A stretch of 64,000 bases of DNA from an uncultured Actinomycetota bacterium (GTDB lineage: Bacteria > Actinomycetota > Actinomycetes > Nanopelagicales > Nanopelagicaceae). Positions 57,964 to 64,000 of the stretch are shown in pieces. Positions within the stretch are counted from its first letter, which is position 1; each line of letters opens with the position of its first letter. Below the pieces are notes generated by a model, which was not told the DNA's origin, did no database searches, and worked only from the letters and a program-made list of their open reading frames with translations. The position numbers were made by a program, and so were the translations under genes. The stretch is from contig CAVQBB010000006.1 of the NCBI GenBank assembly GCA_963710655.1, forward strand, positions 3,423 to 67,422. The letters are read 5' to 3'.

Positions 57964-58201
57964 TTAGTTCAAAGTTGGGCTGGGTCAATTTGGGGCAATC
58001 CAGTGATTCTGGTGATCAATGCGATGTGATGATTGATTATCAAATTACGAAATTTGATGGCTAACCTGCAAGCCGTTGAACACCCGAGCAAATTGACCCT
58101 TCCAATTTTAGATCAAATTCAAGGCAAATGGGCAGCAAATTGACAGCAACTTTGGCGAGCTTCCCCTTGTGGGGGTTATCGATAGGGAGTAACTTCTTTT
58201 C

Positions 58202-58537
58202 ATGGAGATCATCTTTCATACACGCAATGCAGTTTTAGCAGAAGATTTTCGTTCCATCGCTTCAGATAAGCTTCAAACGCTGCAACGATTTGGTGTTGTC
58301 TTGGACGGAATCAAAGTCGAGATAATCCACGAATCAAATCCCCGTTTTGGGAAGACCTCCCATCTTGTGACTCTGACATCTCATGGAAGTGGTCCATTTG
58401 TTAGGGGAGAGGGACAGGCATTTAATAACCTGGCGGCATTTGATCAAGCGGTTAAAAGTATTGAATTGCAATTACGCAAGGCGCATGAACGTCTTAAAGA
58501 TTATGGGCACCAGTCGCTTCGCGAAGCGAGAGGCTAA
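58202..58537 (+). CDS. hpf: Ribosome hibernation/RaiA-HPF family protein (short form)
   Basis: 111 aa. MEIIFHTRN....D.......KL..L.......I.V.I is a typical S30AE/HPF fold pattern. Confidence 0.75.
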   Translation: MEIIFHTRNAVLAEDFRSIASDKLQTLQRFGVVLDGIKVEIIHESNPRFGKTSHLVTLTSHGSGPFVRGEGQAFNNLAAFDQAVKSIELQLRKAHERLKDYGHQSLREARG

Positions 58538-58639
58538 GAACCTCGACAAATAGCTCGACATCGAGTTCGATTCGGAGACTCGATAACACGGGTTAGTAAT
58601 TTGCTCCTTGGGGATAGCCACCTAGGGGATACTTAAGCC

Positions 58640-59854
58640 ATGAAGCGAATCATCAATGCGCTCAAGGCGGTAAGACGTTTTTTCTTGCGAAGAAAAGCGA
58701 TCTATTTGGCGTGGCGAGTTCGATTCGATCGCGAGACCAGGCTTCGTTATCTTTCGTTCAAGCGTCGGTTAAAGAGATTCTTTGGATCTCCGATCAAGTA
58801 TAGACCGAGCTTCCTCATCGGGCCCACCAATTCAGCCAATCAAGCCACTCTCTGGGCGCAGGCATTAACCAAGGCTGGCCTGCCCTCGCAATCTCTCAGA
58901 ATCTCAGGAGAACCTTCGAAGGAGTGGTTCAGTACTGATTACGCGCTTTCGCGAGAGGAATGGACAGACTTCGCGCGGCGCCAACAACTTTCTGATGTAG
59001 TTGCCTCTACGAAAGAGATTGTGCTCTTTGAATCGCTCAGGCCAGTCTTTCGACTTCAAAACGAGAAAGATGGAAGAAATTTAATTCTTGAAGATTTCGA
59101 GTTGATGAAGTTGATCGGCAAGAAGATCGGCGTTGTATTTCACGGTAGTGATATCCGAGATACTTCGGCACACGCCGCTCGAAACTCTTTCTCGCCCTTC
59201 CACAATGAGAGTCCAGAGTTGGAACAATTGCGAGCTCGGACTGCAGCGAACAAAGCGCTACTCCCTGAAATTAGAGCGCGGAAGATTCCAATTTTTGTCA
59301 CCACAAAGGATTTATTACTCGATCTTCCAGATGCGCATTGGTTACCTGTCACAATCGATTTCGAAAAATTCCACAAGGTCGCAGTGGAATCGCCTATCTA
59401 TCCAGATCCGCAAGCACCACTCCGCGTGCTCTTCTTGCCAAGCAGATCCTGGCTGAAGTCGGCAGATCTCATCGAACCAGTCTTGTTGCGCCTTCGAGAT
59501 GAAGGTGTGATTAGTTACCACAGCTATTTGGCTGCGGGTGAGAGCCTCACTCATGATGCGGTGCCTAACGCGATCGCACAAGCAGATCTTGTGATTGATC
59601 AATTTCTGGGAGTAATTGGAGTCTTTCCAATAGAAGCCCTTGCTGCTGGTCGTTTAGTTATGAGCTATGTACCTGAGGAGGCAGGGGAATTTCCCATCAT
59701 AAATATCACTCCAGATACTCTCGAATCAGAAATTCGAAGAGTCGCAAGAGATAAGCCACGCCCCAAGGCAGGTATCGATTATGCGCGTGAGTGGCACGAT
59801 GGCCGCGAAAGCCTCTTAGCGCTTGCCGAAGTTTTTGGTTTTAAGATCCAATAG
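58640..59854 (+). CDS. Hypothetical protein, basic N-terminus, possible GT-B-like C-terminal half
   Basis: 404 aa. Only weak resemblance (ADLVIDQFLGVIGVFPIEALAAGRLVMS) to glycosyltransferase C-domains. No confident family. Confidence 0.45.
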   Translation: MKRIINALKAVRRFFLRRKAIYLAWRVRFDRETRLRYLSFKRRLKRFFGSPIKYRPSFLIGPTNSANQATLWAQALTKAGLPSQSLRISGEPSKEWFSTDYALSREEWTDFARRQQLSDVVASTKEIVLFESLRPVFRLQNEKDGRNLILEDFELMKLIGKKIGVVFHGSDIRDTSAHAARNSFSPFHNESPELEQLRARTAANKALLPEIRARKIPIFVTTKDLLLDLPDAHWLPVTIDFEKFHKVAVESPIYPDPQAPLRVLFLPSRSWLKSADLIEPVLLRLRDEGVISYHSYLAAGESLTHDAVPNAIAQADLVIDQFLGVIGVFPIEALAAGRLVMSYVPEEAGEFPIINITPDTLESEIRRVARDKPRPKAGIDYAREWHDGRESLLALAEVFGFKIQ

Positions 59855-59884
59855 TTATTGGTTTTAAGAACTTTTCGTCTCTTG

Positions 59885-60469
59885 TTAGGGGAGCGGGCCA
59901 ATATATTTGCGGTACCCCTTCTCCCAATTTGTGAGAAAAATTTCCTGCCCCGCTTTGAGTGAGAGCTTTCCAGAGCAGACCAGGAGGTGGATCTGATTTT
60001 CGAGTTGATCTTTGACATATGAGCTGTACTTAATGTTATGAGGTTCGGGAAAGAGATTGAGTGGGCTACTGGGATTACCGCCGACCTCAAGAGGGACGAT
60101 GTGGTCCTCTTCGTAATCTTTCATGTTGAGGTCGCCATCTAAGTTGTAACCGGAGTGAAGTTGGTTGTACTTGAGTTGGTTGGTGTAATTAACGGGTGGG
60201 CGAACAGTTGCCGTCCAACCAACGACGCAGATGGTGCTCCGAATATTGGCTTGAGTTACCGCAGGATTTATCGCGCCAGGAGTCAATTTCACATTTGGTA
60301 GCCCGGAGTTTTCGGAATAGGTAGCCGCACCACAAGCAGACAGCCCAAGTGAAGCGGCCAATATCAAACTGGTTGTTATAAGAACTGATCCTCGCGATGT
60401 GCGACGAATGAGGGCTGACTCCCAAAGGCTAGGCTCAACTAGGTCACGAGCCTTCACCGTTAAGGGCAT
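59885..60469 (-). CDS. Lipoprotein with HNH-type nuclease motif (predicted extracytoplasmic)
   Basis: Lipobox LGLSAC after a hydrophobic stretch. The C-terminal motif is YEEDHIVPLEVGGNPSSPLNLFPEP. I prefer the start at ATG 60467-60469, which overlaps the upstream stop by 10 nt, over the track start at 60550. Confidence 0.6.
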   Translation of the reverse strand: MPLTVKARDLVEPSLWESALIRRTSRGSVLITTSLILAASLGLSACGAATYSENSGLPNVKLTPGAINPAVTQANIRSTICVVGWTATVRPPVNYTNQLKYNQLHSGYNLDGDLNMKDYEEDHIVPLEVGGNPSSPLNLFPEPHNIKYSSYVKDQLENQIHLLVCSGKLSLKAGQEIFLTNWEKGYRKYIGPLP

Positions 60470-61110
60470 TGAAATCCGAACTCTCCTTCTACATTTGTGG
60501 GCACTTTGCCGCATCCAACGAGAGCAGTTCCAAAATCGACAATGCTCCACTTCTTGTTTACTACTGTAGCGAAGCCGTATGCGTTATCGGTTACGGGCAG
60601 ATATGGAACTGTGGTGAAGATAATCCACTGTGGATTAACTTTTGAACTTCGAATGTCGACGACCGCGCCAAAATATTTATCACCTTGCATTTCGGTGTCA
60701 ATAATCTTGGTTACCAAATCGGTGCTCGTGGCTTGGGGTACTAGCGCTCCACCCTTATATTGATTGAAGTACGGGGTTGGCGAGTTTGGGTATTGTCCGA
60801 GGAGAGTCCAAGGAACGACCACCTGCGACAACTCACCTTGCTTTGCATTTGGCCACTGCAATAGCCAACCGGCTTCGGTATCAAGACCTACTGGGAGTTT
60901 GCCAGCGATTTGAGCCTTAACTGCATCACTTTTCCAAGTGACTAATTTCGGATGGTTGGCGTCAAAAGATGAGACGAGCAGATTGATTCCAGCAATTAAG
61001 TTGCTGTTATCTGGTCGTTGATCACCAGACTGCACCCCACATCCCGATAGCACCAGGGTTGCGCTCACTAGAGAGCCAAGAAGAGCCAGAGTGCGAGATC
61101 GCCTATTCAC
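60460..61110 (-). CDS. Hypothetical lipoprotein
   Basis: Signal peptide with lipobox LVLSGC. C-terminal Cys pair (CGKVP...FQCP). I recognised no family. Confidence 0.55.
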   Translation of the reverse strand: MNRRSRTLALLGSLVSATLVLSGCGVQSGDQRPDNSNLIAGINLLVSSFDANHPKLVTWKSDAVKAQIAGKLPVGLDTEAGWLLQWPNAKQGELSQVVVPWTLLGQYPNSPTPYFNQYKGGALVPQATSTDLVTKIIDTEMQGDKYFGAVVDIRSSKVNPQWIIFTTVPYLPVTDNAYGFATVVNKKWSIVDFGTALVGCGKVPTNVEGEFGFQCP

Positions 61111-61193
61111 CTGACGATACTAATCCCTGGCGCGCTCTCCACAGGGGAAAGTTATCCCCAGTCACTTTTAAGGATTGGTAGATCGAATTCCAC

Positions 61194-62270
61194 TTGGAGT
61201 TTGCTCGCCATGTGAGCGAGATAAAGAGCGTCATTAAAAGCGGTATCAAGGGTGAAGTAAGGAATGAATTTGGCCCCCTGGCTGCTCTGATGGCAGATCC
61301 CACGGTCGAAGAGATCTGGATTAACTCCCCGCATCGTATTTTTATTGCTCGTGCCGGGGTAAGTCAGCTCACTAACTTGGTATTACAGCAACAGGACGTT
61401 CATGACTTAGTAGAGCGCCTTCTCATGTGGGGTGGCAGACGTCTTGATCTCTCTCACCCCTTCGTAGATGCCCGCTTACCGGATGGAAGTCGATTACATG
61501 TAGCGATACCTGATGTCACTGCTACTCACTGGGCGGTAAATATTCGCAAACACCTAATTCGCGGTAAGTCATTAGCTAATCTCGTTGAACTGGGAGTGAT
61601 GAATACCGAGATAGCAGAGTACTTGTCGCAAGCGGTCCGAGAAGGACTCAACATTCTCGTCAGTGGATCCACGCAAGCGGGAAAGACGACTCTATTAAAT
61701 GCGCTCGTAAGTGCTGTTCCCTTTCACAATCGAGTGATCACGATCGAGGAGGTCTTCGAGCTTAAGCCACAACTTCCTGACTGCATAGCGCTGCAAACTC
61801 GCCAGGCAAATTTGCAGGGGGAGGGTGAGATTCCACTTCGGAAATTAATCAAAGAGGCGCTAAGAATGCGACCTTCGCATTTAGTAGTAGGGGAGATTCG
61901 CGAGGCTGAAGCGCTCGATCTATTGATTGCACTTAACTCAGGTCTGCCTGGAATGGCGACGATTCATGCCAATGCTGCTCGGGATGCAATTGCCAAATTG
62001 CAGACCTTGCCTTTGCTTGCTGGTGAGAACATCTCATATCAATTTGTGGCACCGATTGTCGCAGCAACAATCGACTTAATCGTGCATTCAACAATTCTGC
62101 GCGATACGGGTGAACGGCGGATCGTAGAGATTGCTCATGTCACAGGACGAATCGAAAACGATCGCGCAGAGATCGAACCGCTCTTTCTTTATCGAGATGG
62201 AAGATATGAGGTGGGACTCGGAGATCCGTATCGAGTCTTCAAAACCAGCGAACCACAGTGGAGCGCATGA
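61194..62270 (+). CDS. tadA: TadA/CpaF-family secretion ATPase
   Basis: Walker A GSTQAGKTTLLNAL, Walker B region SHLVVGEIR, His box GMATIHAN. TTG start in the track. Confidence 0.85.
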   Translation: MEFARHVSEIKSVIKSGIKGEVRNEFGPLAALMADPTVEEIWINSPHRIFIARAGVSQLTNLVLQQQDVHDLVERLLMWGGRRLDLSHPFVDARLPDGSRLHVAIPDVTATHWAVNIRKHLIRGKSLANLVELGVMNTEIAEYLSQAVREGLNILVSGSTQAGKTTLLNALVSAVPFHNRVITIEEVFELKPQLPDCIALQTRQANLQGEGEIPLRKLIKEALRMRPSHLVVGEIREAEALDLLIALNSGLPGMATIHANAARDAIAKLQTLPLLAGENISYQFVAPIVAATIDLIVHSTILRDTGERRIVEIAHVTGRIENDRAEIEPLFLYRDGRYEVGLGDPYRVFKTSEPQWSA

Positions 62271-63001
62271 TGAAGCTCTCTACTAAGCCCAAGTTCATCC
62301 ATATTCTTGTTGGGGCAATTATTGGTTTTTTTGTGGCTCGTATCTTGTTGGGTACCAACTTGCTTGCAATTCCATGCGCTGGACTCGGAGCGTCCGTACC
62401 CACGGTGATTTTGAAGGGAAAACTGCAACGTCGTCAGCAATCTCTATCTGCCCTATGGCCAGAGCTTTTGGACCATATGATTTCTGGGCTTCGCTCTGGC
62501 CTTTCAATTGCAGAAACGATTTCCAGTTTATCTACGCGAGGGCCCGAGATTTCCCGTCCCATTTTTTCAGAGTGCAAGCGCCAGCTCATTACCGGGGCGG
62601 ATATGTCGAAGATCTTTATTTACATCAAATCAGAGTTTAGTGATCCAGTTGCCGATCAGGTATGTGAGGTGCTGGATTTTGCGCGAGGGACAGGGAGCCG
62701 CGATACCGCAGTAACACTTAGGACGTTGGGGGACTTTATCCGGAGTGATATTGCGGTTCGTGGTGAGATTCGTGCGAAATTGGGATGGATCAAAAATTCC
62801 GCATTGGTGGCCGCCGCAGCACCATGGATTCTCCTCGTCATACTCTCCTCGCAGCCATCTACCTTGCAGGCTTTCTCCACTGTGAGTGGCCACTTGATTT
62901 TGCTCCTAGGCGTGGTCCTGTCAGTTCTGGCATATCTCTGGATGTCTCGTGTGGGGCGAGTGCAGGAGGTACAACGGATATTTCGAGGTGAACTCCAGTG
63001 A
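62258..63001 (+). CDS. tadB: Type II secretion system F-family membrane protein (TadB-like)
   Basis: TM-cytoplasmic domain-TM layout. It overlaps the tadA stop and is followed by a paralogous gene. Confidence 0.7.
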   Translation: MERMMKLSTKPKFIHILVGAIIGFFVARILLGTNLLAIPCAGLGASVPTVILKGKLQRRQQSLSALWPELLDHMISGLRSGLSIAETISSLSTRGPEISRPIFSECKRQLITGADMSKIFIYIKSEFSDPVADQVCEVLDFARGTGSRDTAVTLRTLGDFIRSDIAVRGEIRAKLGWIKNSALVAAAAPWILLVILSSQPSTLQAFSTVSGHLILLLGVVLSVLAYLWMSRVGRVQEVQRIFRGELQ

Positions 63002-63585
63002 GATTTCTCTTGGCCCTTATTGCGATTGCTCCCATCTTTGTGATCGCAGTAAACATGATGTGGGAAGAGTTTCGAAGTGAGCTGGTAACGGGATATAGCA
63101 ATGCGACCTACAAAGTTGAGAGCAAGAAATCCCGCAAGCAGATTGAATCCGAGTTTCCTCAGGTTGTGGAGTTGTTTGCCATTTTGTTGGCCGGCAACTT
63201 GAGTCCCGCGACCGCTCTGGAACACATCAGTCGTCGAACGCAAGGAGAGTTTGCTCTACTTCTACGGGAGACTGTTTCAGAGATTCATGGGGGAGCGAGC
63301 TTTTCGCATGCCCTAGATCTTATGAATACTCGCATTAAATCTCCCATAGTGCGCAGGTTCTGTGATTCCCTAATGATCGCCATTGAGCGCGGATCACCTC
63401 TAGTAGATGTGGTCAATCGACAGGTCGAAGAGGTTCGTAACGAGGAGCGCTCCCAACTCCTTGTTGCAGCCGGTAAAGCAGAGATTGCCCTCATGATTCC
63501 CGTCGTCTTTCTCATCCTTCCCATCTCAGTTCTCTTCGCCCTCTGGCCCTCCTACTTTGCACTCGGTCACAGCATCGGATTCTGA
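62998..63585 (+). CDS. tadC: Type II secretion system F-family membrane protein (TadC-like)
   Basis: Same architecture as TadB. GTGA overlap with tadB. Confidence 0.7.
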   Translation: MRFLLALIAIAPIFVIAVNMMWEEFRSELVTGYSNATYKVESKKSRKQIESEFPQVVELFAILLAGNLSPATALEHISRRTQGEFALLLRETVSEIHGGASFSHALDLMNTRIKSPIVRRFCDSLMIAIERGSPLVDVVNRQVEEVRNEERSQLLVAAGKAEIALMIPVVFLILPISVLFALWPSYFALGHSIGF

Positions 63586-63601
63586 CAACAGAAATATGGA
63601 A

Positions 63602-63725
63602 GCACTACCAAAGAAGCACTACCAAAGAAGCACTACCAAAGAAGCACTACCAAAGAAGCACTACCAAAGAAGCACTACCAAAGAAGCACTACCAAAGAAG
63701 CACTACCAAAGAAGCACTACCAAGA
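63602..63725 (+). repeat. 14-bp tandem repeat GCACTACCAAAGAA, 8 full copies plus a 12-nt partial
   Basis: Units start at 63602, 63616, ... 63700 and are all identical. The partial copy is at 63714-63725. The array lies between the tadC stop (63583-63585) and the ATG at 63758. Confidence 0.95.
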
Positions 63726-63757
63726 TCCTCCAACGAATCCTCAAGCAGGGAGTACAA

Positions 63758-64000
63758 ATGAAATTAATTCACATTCCATTTCTAAAAAGGAATGCCCACC
63801 CGTTTCTCGGTCTTAATGAAAATACAAAAGCGAATACTCGGCCGCATGCCAAGCCCCGCATGGACCTGATTATAAATCTGAAATCGAAACTGAGAGAGAA
63901 TCGCATTGTTCAGAGGGCCTCAGAGCGAATTTTGAAGTCTTCCATTCAGGTTTTCCGTACCTTCAGCGAAGAGCGTGGAGATGTCCCGGGATGGGTCTTA
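63758..64000 (+). CDS. Candidate Flp/Tad-type prepilin with long leader, 3'-partial (runs off the window)
   Basis: The frame is open to nt 64000. ATG 63758 sits behind AGGGAG, and an alternative ATG is at 63860. The sequence ends ...FSEERGDVPGWVL, resembling the G/hydrophobic processing region of actinobacterial Flp-like pilins. Its position after tadC fits. Confidence 0.4.
   Translation, partial: MKLIHIPFLKRNAHPFLGLNENTKANTRPHAKPRMDLIINLKSKLRENRIVQRASERILKSSIQVFRTFSEERGDVPGWVL

Noticed and set aside
62656-63243. 195-aa ORF antisense to tadB/tadC
   Set aside because: It spans the junction of two well-supported plus-strand genes. Its composition is Arg/Ser/Thr-rich and unlike a real protein.
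63602-63725. Possible CRISPR array
   Set aside because: The 14-bp units are directly adjacent with no spacers, and no cas genes are in the window. It is a simple tandem repeat.

Overview
This is a 64-kb chromosomal segment from an actinobacterium. The assignment rests on WhiB, PdtaS, an MmpL/TetR pair, Pmt and an Rv3235-family protein. It also rests on gene order: 5-FCL, moeA-like, rimJ-like, membrane protein, pmt, rsmI, metG, tatD, rsmA, ispE, tRNA-Gln, glmU, prs, rplY, pth mirrors the mycobacterial Rv0992c-Rv1018c region. GC looks mid-range by eye and genes are tightly packed (nothing computed). Left to right the window holds: a 5'-partial repeat-rich surface protein with an OmpA-like C-terminus; serC, pdxH and a citrate synthase; a decayed LacI-type regulator divergent from an intact malEFG + two GH13 genes; an esterase, photolyase and GGDEF protein; tRNA-Arg(CCT), purU and mmpL/tetR; copC and a copD-ctaG fusion; the housekeeping block listed above; an Rv3235-family gene; a SAF + CpaE/Ssd-like pair; pdtaS-whiB; tRNA-Arg(CCG), msrA, an alkA-like gene, terC and metB; a minus-strand cell-envelope glycan operon (Wzm/Wzt ABC exporter, glycosyltransferases, WbpA/B/E/D-like genes for a 2,3-diacetamido uronic acid); a membrane protein with 10 tandem KKAPV repeats; hpf; two lipoproteins, one with an HNH nuclease motif; and tadA-tadB-tadC followed by a 14-bp tandem repeat and a Flp-like prepilin running off the window. 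I saw no rRNA, CRISPR array, transposase, integrase or phage genes, and no recognisable defence system. The items most worth a second look are these. (1) Twelve single-nucleotide frame breaks hit seven genes, including glmU and pth, and all lie in the first 40 kb. (2) A 14-bp x ~9 repeat sits in frame between tadC and the prepilin gene. (3) The Tad locus is split by 19 kb and has an adjacent secreted HNH lipoprotein. (4) An internally deleted MoeA/gephyrin-like gene sits in a glp-rimJ-glpR arrangement. (5) The KKAPV-repeat protein lies beside the glycan operon. (6) The tRNA-Gln 3' end is triplicated. All functional calls come from motif recognition and synteny by eye. No database search was run.
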